This document shows positions 26,358 to 35,552 of a stretch of 64,000 nucleotides of DNA, one piece after another. Under the pieces are notes generated by a model, which worked only from the letters and a program-made list of their open reading frames with translations, was not told the origin of the DNA and did not search any database. Position 1 is the stretch's first letter; every line of letters starts with the position of its first letter. The stretch is from Candidatus Uhrbacteria bacterium (GTDB lineage: Bacteria; Patescibacteriota; Patescibacteriia; GWA2-47-26), in assembly GCA_016187515.1 (NCBI GenBank), contig JACPJN010000009.1:68891-132890 (forward strand). Direction: 5' to 3'. The position numbers and the translations under genes were made by a program.

Positions 26358-27422
26358 CTACGCAAACCCCATTTCGCGATCGGTCTGCCGCATCGCCTGG
26401 AGCGGGTCAAGTCCGCGGCCAAGCATCCGAATCGCGTCAAGATTGGGCAGTACCGCCACGGTGCGGTAGTACAGAAAGGCCACGATTTGCAAGAAACATG
26501 ATGACGCGCCTGGCCGCGGCTCAAGCGCATCGCGCACCACCATGATCGGCGGGATCCGATCATCAAAGGCACGCGCCAGATTCAGGTCGTAGGTGGACGT
26601 TACGCCGAAAGGAAGCAGCGCCACATGGGGCATTTGCCCAAGCCGCTCCAGCGCCTGTTCATGCGTTAGGAATTCTCGACACTGGATGTGAATCGTCACG
26701 CAATAGTGCAGCAGCGATGGTATCTGAACAACGAGATTCACCCGCACCCGCTGTTGTGGAAGCAAATCGCCCAGCTGGTTCTGAACGCGATCGGCAAGAT
26801 CACGGCGCACCGTGACGGTATTGACGCGTTCCATGATCATGTAATCCGCCTCCCGTCGGTCAAACTGCATGAGCACCTGAAGGCGCACACCATCAGTAAT
26901 ATCCTTAAAGGGGTAAAGGAGCGGGACCACCCCGGAAAGGATGCAATCGCTCATCCGCAATTGCTTTGCGCCGGCGGGATTAGCCGAGGTAAGCGGCGGG
27001 ACGATGAGCTGACCCTCTGGATACGCGCCGTCTTGCAGTAGAATAAAACCGCGAAAATGCTGATACTGATCGGCAAACGGATTGCGGCCATGCGGATACA
27101 CTGTATCCACTACCACATCACACTCGCGGTTGAGCGCCAATTTATCGATATGCTCAAAGCGAATCAGTCCTTGCTCGGCATTGAGCGCGGTTACCGCGTC
27201 GCGGGAAGACGCGTCAAGATACATCCGCGTCGGAAGCTCGCGCTTCAGTTGAGGATTTATCTGAATGCGCTCCAGCAGCCGCTCCAGCGTTTGGTCGCGC
27301 ACCACCACACCGGCGGTGCATTCCAGATCCGAGGAACGCGCGGCAGCTGACGCCAGCCGAGATCCCAGCAGTCCCGCGGCTCCTCTAATCCCGACCCGGA
27401 TCTTCTTGCGATCTTCTTTCAT
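26358..27422 (-). CDS. NAD(P)-binding semialdehyde/glyceraldehyde-3-phosphate dehydrogenase-family oxidoreductase (type II GAPDH-like)
   Basis: N-terminal KIRVGIRGAAGLLGSRLASAA Rossmann motif and a candidate catalytic Cys in MSDCILSGVV; 354 aa; precise family not resolved. Confidence 0.45.
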   Translation of the reverse strand: MKEDRKKIRVGIRGAAGLLGSRLASAAARSSDLECTAGVVVRDQTLERLLERIQINPQLKRELPTRMYLDASSRDAVTALNAEQGLIRFEHIDKLALNRECDVVVDTVYPHGRNPFADQYQHFRGFILLQDGAYPEGQLIVPPLTSANPAGAKQLRMSDCILSGVVPLLYPFKDITDGVRLQVLMQFDRREADYMIMERVNTVTVRRDLADRVQNQLGDLLPQQRVRVNLVVQIPSLLHYCVTIHIQCREFLTHEQALERLGQMPHVALLPFGVTSTYDLNLARAFDDRIPPIMVVRDALEPRPGASSCFLQIVAFLYYRTVAVLPNLDAIRMLGRGLDPLQAMRQTDREMGFA

Positions 27423-27436
27423 GATTCACTCCTCTG

Positions 27437-28012
27437 CTAATACAAGCCGTAGGTCGCAATGTAGCAAGCGACCGCCAGGGGTACCAGCGTGTCAATGGAT
27501 TCCCCGGCGCCTACCCGCCGGCGAATCTCGGTACTGGAAATATCCATGCCCGACGTTTGAAGTACGCTGACCTTACGCCGCGCCTCCGGAGGCACTGGCG
27601 ACAAATCTACGCCCGCGCGCGGAATGATCAAAAATTGACAAAGATCAAGCGCCGCGTATCCGCCGGTCCAGCGCGTCGGCATATCGCGAAGTGAATCCGC
27701 TCCCATAATCCAGCACAACCGCTGATCAGATGAAAGCGATGCGCGGAGTCGGATGATCAAATCAAAGGTGAAGCATTTTCCTTGAGTGGCAATCTCCAGA
27801 TCGCACAGGGAGAAGCGCTGCTCGTCCGCGATGGCAAGGCGTATCATCTCCACCCGATCCAAAGCAGAAGCAGCGTCTGGACGTTTATGCGCCCAAGCCG
27901 GCATAAACCGGATTTCGCGCAGTCCGGCTTCCGCCATCGCAATCCTCGCCATCTCCAAATGTCCTTGATGGATAGGGTCAAATGTGCCCCCCAGAATGCC
28001 GATACTTGTCAT
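27437..28012 (-). CDS. nadD: nicotinate-nucleotide adenylyltransferase
   Basis: GILGGTFDPIHQGHL (H/T-x-G-H motif) and ISSTEIRRRV C-terminal motif; 191 aa. Confidence 0.9.
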   Translation of the reverse strand: MTSIGILGGTFDPIHQGHLEMARIAMAEAGLREIRFMPAWAHKRPDAASALDRVEMIRLAIADEQRFSLCDLEIATQGKCFTFDLIIRLRASLSSDQRLCWIMGADSLRDMPTRWTGGYAALDLCQFLIIPRAGVDLSPVPPEARRKVSVLQTSGMDISSTEIRRRVGAGESIDTLVPLAVACYIATYGLY

Positions 28013-28069
28013 GGAACATCCTCCTTTTTCAGTACATCATACCGCTCATTCAGCGTCAAGTAGGCGCAA

Positions 28070-28228
28070 AAATAAAAACGACCCGCCCCGTACCTTTCCG
28101 AAGGAGTATCCTTCGTATAGGACAGAGAGAGCCGCAAGGCGGATTCGCCTTCCCGTTTTGCCTTAGGCACCACCACGGCTGGGAAAGGTATGGGGCCCGC
28201 CCCGTGGAGCGGATCGCGGCAAGATTTC
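28070..28228 (-). terminator. terminator cassette copy interrupted by an insertion of about 115 bp
   Basis: AAAAACGACCCGCCCCGT[...115 bp...]CCCGCCCCGTGGAGCGGATCG: the hairpin arms are separated by a structured insert with an internal CCTTTCC...GGAAAGG inverted repeat. Confidence 0.55.
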
Positions 28229-28270
28229 CTGCGGTGCTGATCACCGCCAAAGAACAAAACGCGGTAATTG

Positions 28271-28678
28271 TTAGGATGAGGCGGGCTTTGCTGATGCTCG
28301 TTCGCGCAGATCTTCCTGAACAAGCGTAATGAGCTCCGCCGCCAACCCCACCACGGTCTGCTGATCATATCCATTACTGCGCAACTCCCTATAGATCGCG
28401 CGGGCCAGAATCCTAATTCCTCTCTCGTCTGGAGTACTCACCCTAAGCGAGGCCAGGGCCGAGGTAGGCGTTGATCGCGCAGATTGGTAAGATGCTGAAA
28501 CCCGCGGAGTCCCGTGCGGCGATGTGCCTTTTCTCCTACTTCCCATAACCGTCCCCCAAAGTTTCCGCAGAAGCTCCTGCCCTCCCATAAAAATGCACAT
28601 GGCCAACAACAGAGCAACTAGAAACAGCCACCCTACTACTTTCACCAAAAAGAGCAGTATTTTCCCGAGATACCGCAT
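28271..28678 (-). CDS. hypothetical membrane protein
   Basis: N-terminal TM helix LLFLVKVVGWLFLVALLLAMCIF; no family recognised. Confidence 0.45.
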   Translation of the reverse strand: MRYLGKILLFLVKVVGWLFLVALLLAMCIFMGGQELLRKLWGTVMGSRRKGTSPHGTPRVSASYQSARSTPTSALASLRVSTPDERGIRILARAIYRELRSNGYDQQTVVGLAAELITLVQEDLRERASAKPASS

Positions 28679-28752
28679 TGATCTACTCCTTGTTCACGCG
28701 CACACTAGACACCAGGTATTCTCCTCAATACACCTTGAGCGCCGCGGCCAAG

Positions 28753-29211
28753 CTACGGCTTCGAAATGCAGTCCCGGATGCGCTCCTCCAGACGCTCCCA
28801 GTAACTTCCGGCGCGGGCCTGATAACCCGGATCCGCAGAGGCCTTCGCCTGATCAGCCGCAATGATCCGGCGATCCTGATCAGTAAGCCGAAGAAAGCGC
28901 AACTGGTAATCTCCGGTTGGTATCGCACGGCTCTCACCAACAACCCACTCGGGAACTCGAATCACCATGTACCAGCGCTCTTCGTCGCCGCAGCGCACCG
29001 CGAGGATGTCGCGATCCGGCATGTGCGATCGTACTCCAGCGTAATTCAACCACTCCGCAAGATGCTTCTCAAATGCCGGCCAACCGAAAAGCGCACTACC
29101 AAGCTCTTCATCTACTTCTCGGGTTCCTTCGTACTTCCGGAGGACTTGAAAACAAGGGAATACGGGAGAAACGGGACTTGCTTTTGCTACGGGATTGGGC
29201 ATGAAGAACAC
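28753..29211 (-). CDS. hypothetical protein
   Basis: 152-aa ORF (start probably M at 29202); no family recognised. Confidence 0.45.
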   Translation of the reverse strand: MFFMPNPVAKASPVSPVFPCFQVLRKYEGTREVDEELGSALFGWPAFEKHLAEWLNYAGVRSHMPDRDILAVRCGDEERWYMVIRVPEWVVGESRAIPTGDYQLRFLRLTDQDRRIIAADQAKASADPGYQARAGSYWERLEERIRDCISKP

Positions 29212-29255
29212 CTCCTGCCTCTACTTCACCACAGCCCCCAAAAAATGTCAAATAC

Positions 29256-29295
29256 AAAAAACGACCCGCCCGCTTGGAACGGATCGGACGGAAAG
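29256..29295 (-). terminator. conserved terminator cassette copy
   Basis: AAAAAACGACCCGCCCGCTTGGAACGGATCGGACGG. Confidence 0.65.
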
Positions 29296-29540
29296 AGCAG
29301 CAGAGCACCGTGCCGTATGGGTAGCGCTCGTCGCTCTGCACGCACCGCGCCACCTTCCGCGCATCGCCGTCGGCGATGGTGAGGTACGCGCTGCAGCGCA
29401 ATCCCGGAAACGATACGGTGAGCGCATCAAATACCATGATCTTCTGCGCGCCTGCTTCACAGCGTGTCTTCACGAAGGTCTGAAACTGCGCCCCCTCGAC
29501 TGCGATTTGCTGCCTTTGCGCCGCATACCCTTTCCAGAAC

Positions 29541-29777
29541 TCACATCCTGTCCATATCCCCAAACGGACAGATCCAACTGCAGCAAGGACAGGTCTCGGT
29601 GTGCACATAGCCGCAGGATTTGCAATTCTCTTCCTTGGCTGGCCGCACAAGGCGGTAGAGAACCCAACCGAGAATCACTGCGCCGACCCACACGATCGCG
29701 AGTAATTCAATAAATGGACCGAGAATCACGAGAACTCCATCCAGTATCTTAACTGTGAAGCGTTTCACGGTGTTCAT
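29541..29777 (-). CDS. small membrane protein with a C-terminal Cys cluster (CKSCGYVHTETCPCCSWICPFG)
   Basis: MNTVKRFTVKILDGVLVILGPFIELLAIVWVGAVILGWVLY...; the track ORF 29541..29939 has a spurious N-terminus that translates the terminator cassette. Confidence 0.45.
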   Translation of the reverse strand: MNTVKRFTVKILDGVLVILGPFIELLAIVWVGAVILGWVLYRLVRPAKEENCKSCGYVHTETCPCCSWICPFGDMDRM

Positions 29778-29887
29778 GTCAATGTACCTCCTAAAGTACA
29801 TTGAACCACCGTATTCTACGGGTGTCAAATCCGCCCAAACCGGGTTACGTTCAGCATAAATTCCGATCACGGCGCGCGCATCGGTAA

Positions 29888-29925
29888 ACAAAAACGACCC
29901 GCCCTGGGGAGCGGATCGGACCAAA
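29888..29925 (-). terminator. conserved terminator cassette copy
   Basis: AAAAACGACCCGCCCTGGGGAGCGGATCGGACC 3' of the 29967..30188 gene. Confidence 0.65.
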
Positions 29926-29966
29926 GAACAATACGGCACGCGCGCAAACCGGGCGCTGGATTGCGC

Positions 29967-30188
29967 CTAGTCGTCAGGGGGCGTGACATCCACCTCTTCA
30001 CTGCGGCCGCACCGTTTGCAAACATAGGTACGTATCACCTCGACGTTGCGACACAGCTCGCAAGAGCACTGACCGGGCTCCGGCGTCAGCTCGCCGCCGG
30101 GAAGCGGCCGCTCCTCATCACAATCCTCTCCGGTCCCCATCTCTTGCCCATCGTGCGGCTTCTCTTGGGTTCCGTAACACGTTGGCAT
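29967..30188 (-). CDS. small acidic Cys-containing protein
   Basis: 73 aa with CxCxxC...CxxC; no family recognised. Confidence 0.4.
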   Translation of the reverse strand: MPTCYGTQEKPHDGQEMGTGEDCDEERPLPGGELTPEPGQCSCELCRNVEVIRTYVCKRCGRSEEVDVTPPDD

Positions 30189-30223
30189 GGCTTTATCCTT
30201 TCTTGTCCAGATTATCTACCCAG

Positions 30224-31900
30224 TTACGGCGTAAATTCAGCAATGGTTCCATCCTCGCCTGGTTGACCTTCCTCTGCGGTGGGGCCGCCGGCCGCACCGC
30301 CATCGCCACCTGCTGCTGTAAAGTAACCACCGGAGACGGCTGCTCCAAGGAATGCGGCGGTATCAAAGTACGTGACGCTATCAACTATGCCCTCACCGAT
30401 GAGCGCCTTGATCCGGCCGCCAGAACCGCCTCCACCGCCGCCGCCGTGAGATGACGGGCCGCATCCGGATCCTCCTCTGCCTCCTTGTCCACCATCGGCA
30501 GTAATGCGCGCACTAGAAGCAAGCGTGAGAACCGGTGCGTCAATGAGTACTGTGCCGCCGGCACCGGCGCCACCGGCGCCATCATCGCAGATGTTCCAGC
30601 CGCGCTGGTCTCCGTCACCTCCGCTTACAGAAATCATACCCGCGATCGTTGCCTCTTCGGCAACATAGATCTCAATAAGACCTCCGCCGCGAGCGCCGCA
30701 ACTGTTGGTTCCTGGGACAGCTCCAGGCGGACAGTAGATAGCGCCGCCATTGCCGCCTCGTGAGCCAGCGTATACGTCTAGTCCTGATACGCTTCCGTAC
30801 AAGTTCGTGCCTCCGGCGCCAGGGGTAGCGACCGCGACCCACTGGCCATAGCCGCCACCGCCTGCAGATGCCGCATGACACCCGCCGCCTCCGCCGCCTC
30901 CGGATGCGGTGAGGCCGCCTCCACTGCCGTTGCCTCCATTACAGAGCCCGGCGTCTCCTACCCCATCGGCATAGATTTGAGCAAACTCACCGATAAAGAG
31001 GGTCCCGCACGAGAGGGAAAGTGTGCCAGCCACTACCACCACCGCGCTCCCGCTAAGCTCGCAAACCTCAAATGAGAGCGCACCGGACAGGGTGACCGTT
31101 CCACTTAACCGACGCAGATCTTCATCAATCTCACCGTCACAATCTTCATCAGTACTCCCATCGTAGAGTTCAAGATCGTTGTCGCCGACCGAGCAAACCG
31201 TGGTGTTGAGACCGCTACACTCGTAGGCGTCGTCAGTACACAGATCGGAATCTGCACCGTCGCAGGCCGTACCTGGAAGGTTCGCGAGCGGACACGCGCC
31301 GTCGCAGGCATTGCTGCCCTCGTCCACCGTTCCGTCGCAGTCGTTGTCCTCCCCGTCGCAGGGATCGCCGTTGTCTTCCCCTGAAGAACAAACGACTGTG
31401 TCAGCATCTTCGCACTCGTAGCTATCGTCTTCGCACAAATCAACATCCGAACCGTCACAGGGATCTCCAGGGACGTTTGCGAGCAGTGCACACCCGCCGC
31501 AGGCATTGAGCGCGCCTTCGTCCGTCTCGCCATCGCAGTCGTTGTCGCGTCCGTCGCAGACTTCATCGGCACTGTTGTCGTTTTCACAAACCACCGCGGT
31601 CAGATCTGGCGAACAGATCCAGGCGCCGCATGATCCAGGGTGCAATCCATCATCACAGGCATCGCCAGGCATCCCTGCAAGAGATTCGCATCCGCCGCAA
31701 GCATTGAACACGCCTTCATCAACCACCCCATCACAATCATCATCTTGCCCATTGCAAACCTCGGATGCCGGCAGGCATTGTTCGTCAGGGGGCGGACGTT
31801 TTGTGCCATCTTGCGGGGTAGGTTGCTCCTTATCCCCGCAACCAAAGATTGACAGGATGCCAAGTACGCGAAAACGGTTTCGTGCGGTAAAGATCGCCAT
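30224..31900 (-). CDS. large secreted lipoprotein with three MopE-like putative metal-binding repeats and a Gly-rich beta-helix-like C-terminal region
   Basis: LGILSIFGCG lipobox; repeats CNGQDDDCDGVVDEG..ACGGC, CDGRDNDCDGETDEG..ACGGC, CDGEDNDCDGTVDEG; long GGxGGxG tracts. Confidence 0.6.
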   Translation of the reverse strand: MAIFTARNRFRVLGILSIFGCGDKEQPTPQDGTKRPPPDEQCLPASEVCNGQDDDCDGVVDEGVFNACGGCESLAGMPGDACDDGLHPGSCGAWICSPDLTAVVCENDNSADEVCDGRDNDCDGETDEGALNACGGCALLANVPGDPCDGSDVDLCEDDSYECEDADTVVCSSGEDNGDPCDGEDNDCDGTVDEGSNACDGACPLANLPGTACDGADSDLCTDDAYECSGLNTTVCSVGDNDLELYDGSTDEDCDGEIDEDLRRLSGTVTLSGALSFEVCELSGSAVVVVAGTLSLSCGTLFIGEFAQIYADGVGDAGLCNGGNGSGGGLTASGGGGGGGCHAASAGGGGYGQWVAVATPGAGGTNLYGSVSGLDVYAGSRGGNGGAIYCPPGAVPGTNSCGARGGGLIEIYVAEEATIAGMISVSGGDGDQRGWNICDDGAGGAGAGGTVLIDAPVLTLASSARITADGGQGGRGGSGCGPSSHGGGGGGGSGGRIKALIGEGIVDSVTYFDTAAFLGAAVSGGYFTAAGGDGGAAGGPTAEEGQPGEDGTIAEFTP

Positions 31901-31974
31901 GGCTTTCTCCTTCTATTCCTTGTCAAAGGACCATCTCCAGTACACCACCGCGGGGCGCGTATGTCAATAACCGC

Positions 31975-32265
31975 GTTATCCACTTGACACCGATTGCGCC
32001 TTCGGGGTACCATAATTTTAGTATGAAGTTACTCACTGCAATAACGCTGAATCTTCGTCGGCGCGGGACCCCAACCCATCCCGCGAGTTTTCTGTTGGAA
32101 AGATTATCGAACCGTGGTACCACTACAGCGGTTCACACGAATGGACACGAATCGGCGGGCGCAACATCTTCCTACGACTTCCCTGCCTCTACCCTGCGCC
32201 CTTACGAATAATCACCAATAAAAGTTTTTCCACTAGCAAACTCCCGGGATAATCCGGGAGTTTTT
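31975..32265 (+). promoter_or_regulatory. candidate cis-regulatory leader (about 260 nt) ending in an intrinsic terminator immediately before the SD of the 32292 gene
   Basis: TTGACA-N18-TACCAT promoter-like element at about 31977; structured region (CGCGGGACCCCAACCCATCCCGCGAG hairpin); terminator CTCCCGGGATAATCCGGGAG followed by TTTTT, then ACAAGGAGGAATACC and ATG. Confidence 0.4.
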
Positions 32266-32291
32266 GCACCTTCACAACAAGGAGGAATACC

Positions 32292-32690
32292 ATGAGGTCA
32301 CATCGCGATCCCCCACCGACAGCGCCGGAGGTAAGAGAGCTCACGCCGGGCGAATGGCACAATGCCATGAAGCGTCTTGAACTTAAGAGCAATCCCTTGG
32401 AATGGTGGGGAGATCGTATTGAGGAGGGGATATGCTGCGCTGAACCGTTCCTAACCTGTTACATCTATCGACTACGCTACTGCTACACCGGCGCAAGAGG
32501 ATGTGCGGGGCCTGTGGGAGAAACGCTGGTATTTGTGCCAAGCGCGCCCCTACGTCCCACGCGTGCATGGCAGCTGCCGGAATGGATCACGCAGGAAGCG
32601 CGCACTCGGTGGCCCACGGTTACCTGCTGGAAACTCGTGATATGGGAAACCCGCCTTGAGCGGGTAACCGTAACCATCCGTAGTCCATAA
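32292..32690 (+). CDS. hypothetical protein
   Basis: 132 aa; strong SD AAGGAGGAATACC; no family recognised. Confidence 0.55.
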   Translation: MRSHRDPPPTAPEVRELTPGEWHNAMKRLELKSNPLEWWGDRIEEGICCAEPFLTCYIYRLRYCYTGARGCAGPVGETLVFVPSAPLRPTRAWQLPEWITQEARTRWPTVTCWKLVIWETRLERVTVTIRSP

Positions 32691-32740
32691 ACTGGACGCA
32701 AACATACGCGCATGCTAGGATACGGTTAAGGAGGTGAACC

Positions 32741-33712
32741 TTGGAACTCACGATCCTTTCGGGAAGTGCGCACCTTGGACTCTCGCGCGCGGTGGCCAAC
32801 CACATGGGCCGCGCGCTCGGTGAAACCACGACCACGCGGTTCGCCGACAGTGAGCTGGACGTCCAGATCGGTGAGAATGTTCGCCGGCGCCACGTGGTCA
32901 TCATCCAGCCAACGCCGCCGCCTGCGGAAAACTGGCTGGAGCTCTTTCTCTTGATGGATGCGGCGGTACGCGCTTCAGCCGCGGAGATCACGGTGGTGAT
33001 GCCCTACATGGGCTACGCGCGCCAAGACCGCAAAGACGCGCCGCGCAAACCGATTTCGGCCGCGGCAATGCTGAAACTTCTGGTGGCCAGCGGCGCAAAC
33101 CGGGTCTGCACCATTGATCTCCACGCGGCGCAAACCCAGGCGGCAATTTCCGCCCCCTTTGATAACCTTTACTTCTCGACAGCGCTCTTGCGCGGCCTGG
33201 GACCGCGTAACTGGAAAAAGGTCGTGCTAGTTTCTCCGGACGCGGGCGGAATTCCCCGCTGCCGCGCGCTGGCGAAAAAACTGGGGTGTCCGATCGCCTT
33301 TATTGACAAACGCCGCGAGCGCGCCAATGAATCCGAAGTAATGCACGTGGTCGGCCGCATCCGCGGACGCGAGGCAATCATTCTGGATGATATGGTGGAC
33401 ACGGCCGGATCGCTGGTCAAGGCCGCGGAAGCGCTGCTGGCCAAGGGCGCTACCGCCGTCTCTGCTTGCTGTACGCATCCGGTACTCTCGCCCAAATCCA
33501 TCCGCCGCCTGGCGCACGCGCCGCTGCGTACGCTTGTGGTTGCCGACACTATCCCCATCTCCGCGGCCAAACGCGCGCGCATCGTAGATAAGCTTAGGGT
33601 AGTAAGCTGCGCACCCATGCTTGGCGATGCGATCCTGCGCATCCACTCCGGCGAGTCCCTCGCAGTGCTCTTTCCTGAAGCACGCGAGAAGCCCGCACAC
33701 CCTGTCTCCTAA
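32741..33712 (+). CDS. prs: ribose-phosphate pyrophosphokinase (PRPP synthetase)
   Basis: TTG start with SD AAGGAGGTG; motifs RFADSELDVQIGENVRRRHVVIIQ, VVLVSPDAGG and the PRPP-binding IILDDMVDTAGSL. Confidence 0.9.
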   Translation: MELTILSGSAHLGLSRAVANHMGRALGETTTTRFADSELDVQIGENVRRRHVVIIQPTPPPAENWLELFLLMDAAVRASAAEITVVMPYMGYARQDRKDAPRKPISAAAMLKLLVASGANRVCTIDLHAAQTQAAISAPFDNLYFSTALLRGLGPRNWKKVVLVSPDAGGIPRCRALAKKLGCPIAFIDKRRERANESEVMHVVGRIRGREAIILDDMVDTAGSLVKAAEALLAKGATAVSACCTHPVLSPKSIRRLAHAPLRTLVVADTIPISAAKRARIVDKLRVVSCAPMLGDAILRIHSGESLAVLFPEAREKPAHPVS

Positions 33713-33859
33713 ACGCACTGCACTCGCACCAAGGCGACCATCCGGCCGCCTTGTTTTTTTTGCAGCTTGCCCGCCCGTCCCTTGAAGGCGGCGCGCCGCC
33801 TCAAAGTGACAAATAGAAAAGAGGGTGATTAGCCCTCTTGGAAAAGAACGCTGGCGGCG

Positions 33860-34091
33860 CTACTGCCAGATCTTCCAGGCGCCCCGAGCCAGCGCGCGGC
33901 CCAGAAGCTTATTTTTGACGCGGCGCAGAATTTTGCGCCAATCGCCGCTGGCCAGCACTTCCACATCGCGCACGAGGCGGCTGCCAGTGTACATGCCGCG
34001 CCGCAGTTTTGCAAGCATGCGCCGCGGGTCATCTTCGGCCATTCTGCGATTCCGCGGAATCGCAGAATGTACTTTTATCTTACGGGACATC
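33860..34091 (-). CDS. small highly basic protein (76 aa)
   Basis: MSRKIKVHSAIPRNRRMAEDD...; SD AAAGGAGGA 4 nt upstream of the ATG; 12 nt after the preceding gene's stop. Confidence 0.55.
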
Positions 34092-34103
34092 GCATCCTCC
34101 TTT

Positions 34104-35552
34104 CTAGTTCCGCAGGAGAAGCTCATCAAGGCAAATTGTCCCGCCGCCAAGATGCGTAACCTGCACCTGCAGTTCGGTAAGCTTGCCGACCTGCTCCGGC
34201 GGATTGCCTTGCTGGCCGTCATAACGCACGAACTGCCCGGTCTCCACGGTAAGTTCCGGCATTAACGCCGCGTTGCTCTGTGATCCTTGCGCGCCAAGCA
34301 GAGCCGCGACCTCCCAACGGAAAACCCTTTGCCCGGGGGAATCCTCGATCGTGTTGTAGTGACTAACCCGCTGTTCACTGCCCCACTCCGTCTTCTCTCC
34401 CCAATCGCAGTCATCCACAAAGGGCAGAACATCCCAAAGCAGCTCACTGAATGAGCACTTTGCCGTGCGTCTCACCGACACTGATTTGTACACCGGTTCT
34501 TGATGGGTTTGCCTTGGAAAATACTCTTCAGTAAAATTCCGAGCAGTGAAGTAGAGCGAGATGCGCTGCCAACCACTGGCAAGCGCAACCGCCGGTACCT
34601 GGGGCGGCCCAATTCCCGAGCGGCCAATGGCCCAAGAAACCGGCGTGGCATCCCCGCGAACCTCATTATGGTTAAATTGCAGCCACACTCCATCGGCGGT
34701 GCGGGCCATGACCGTAAACCGCAGACCGCTGCCAAACAGCAGAAAGCCCAGATAGGCCTCGGCTTTCTGGCGCGACACAATCAGTTCCATAGGAAACTGG
34801 AAAGTGCCTTGAGCGCGTGTGCACACGCAGTGTGCTCCTTCCCCGCATTGGGTCCCATTGGTCCCATTGGAGAGCGAGCTAAACATCCAATCCCCGCTGA
34901 ACCGAATGTTCCCCACATGACCGTCTTCGAAATTCTCGGCAAACGGTGGGCGCATTGGCAAAGGATTAAGCGACGACCGCTCCTGCTCATCCTCGCCGCG
35001 GCAGGCGTTTTTTTCACCGCGCGCGAAGCGTCTCGCCATATCCGCAGTTACGGGCTGGCACGGCTCGCCGGTTACCGGATCGCGCAGCGGGATGCGCGTA
35101 AAATGGCATTTTCCGTCCCCCCGCTCACAATGCCAGATTACCGGTTCCGGTTCGGAAGTCGCCGGATTGGGATTGAAAAACACTGTCGGGCTCTCCACGA
35201 AAACCTCCGGATCCGATTTTCCGGATTTTTTCGCTTCCTCAAAAACCTGCTTGACCGCCCGAGTCATCGGCAAGCAGGGCTGGCCGCTTGACGAGTCAGT
35301 GCCCGCGGTAGCGCGGCACGGCTTGATTCGCCCATCAGCCAAAACAATATATCCGGCGTTGGCTTGTCCCTGCGCGGAAAACGTGAACTTGCCGCCGTAT
35401 GCCAAGTACAGCGCCGGAAGCGCCACGATGACGGCCAGAAGAATCAGGAGAACTGCGGCTCTTTTCCGCATGTGAACCTCCGCTAATTGCGGCTCGGCGC
35501 CGCGCGCTTTGACGGAAGGCGATCCGTAGGCGGCGCCATCCGCATCCGGCAT
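34104..35552 (-). CDS. membrane-anchored extracellular protein carrying a conserved WCERGDGxC Cys-rich domain (probable start M at 35471)
   Basis: N-terminal TM MRKRAAVLLILLAVIVALPALYLAY; VIWHCERGDGKCHFTRIPLRDPVTGEPCQP domain paralogous to the C-terminus of 35483..36265. Confidence 0.55.
   Translation of the reverse strand: MPDADGAAYGSPSVKARGAEPQLAEVHMRKRAAVLLILLAVIVALPALYLAYGGKFTFSAQGQANAGYIVLADGRIKPCRATAGTDSSSGQPCLPMTRAVKQVFEEAKKSGKSDPEVFVESPTVFFNPNPATSEPEPVIWHCERGDGKCHFTRIPLRDPVTGEPCQPVTADMARRFARGEKNACRGEDEQERSSLNPLPMRPPFAENFEDGHVGNIRFSGDWMFSSLSNGTNGTQCGEGAHCVCTRAQGTFQFPMELIVSRQKAEAYLGFLLFGSGLRFTVMARTADGVWLQFNHNEVRGDATPVSWAIGRSGIGPPQVPAVALASGWQRISLYFTARNFTEEYFPRQTHQEPVYKSVSVRRTAKCSFSELLWDVLPFVDDCDWGEKTEWGSEQRVSHYNTIEDSPGQRVFRWEVAALLGAQGSQSNAALMPELTVETGQFVRYDGQQGNPPEQVGKLTELQVQVTHLGGGTICLDELLLRN

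Noticed and set aside
26291-26572. Track ORFs 26291..26572 and 29108..29650, and the N-terminus of 29541..29939
   Set aside because: They contain CSLARSAPRGGSF / SLVRSAPQGGSF, which is simply the translation of the reused terminator cassette, so they are artefacts.
19992-32000. tRNA-Ile-associated genomic island
   Set aside because: No integrase, no direct repeat of the tRNA 3' end, and no phage or conjugation genes; composition is similar to the rest of the window. I report only the unusual palindrome and gene content.
33829-34265. Plus-strand ORFs 33825..34265 and 33829..34032 competing with the small basic protein gene
   Set aside because: The minus-strand 76-aa ORF has an excellent SD (AAAGGAGGA-N4-ATG) and operon spacing; the plus-strand frames have neither.
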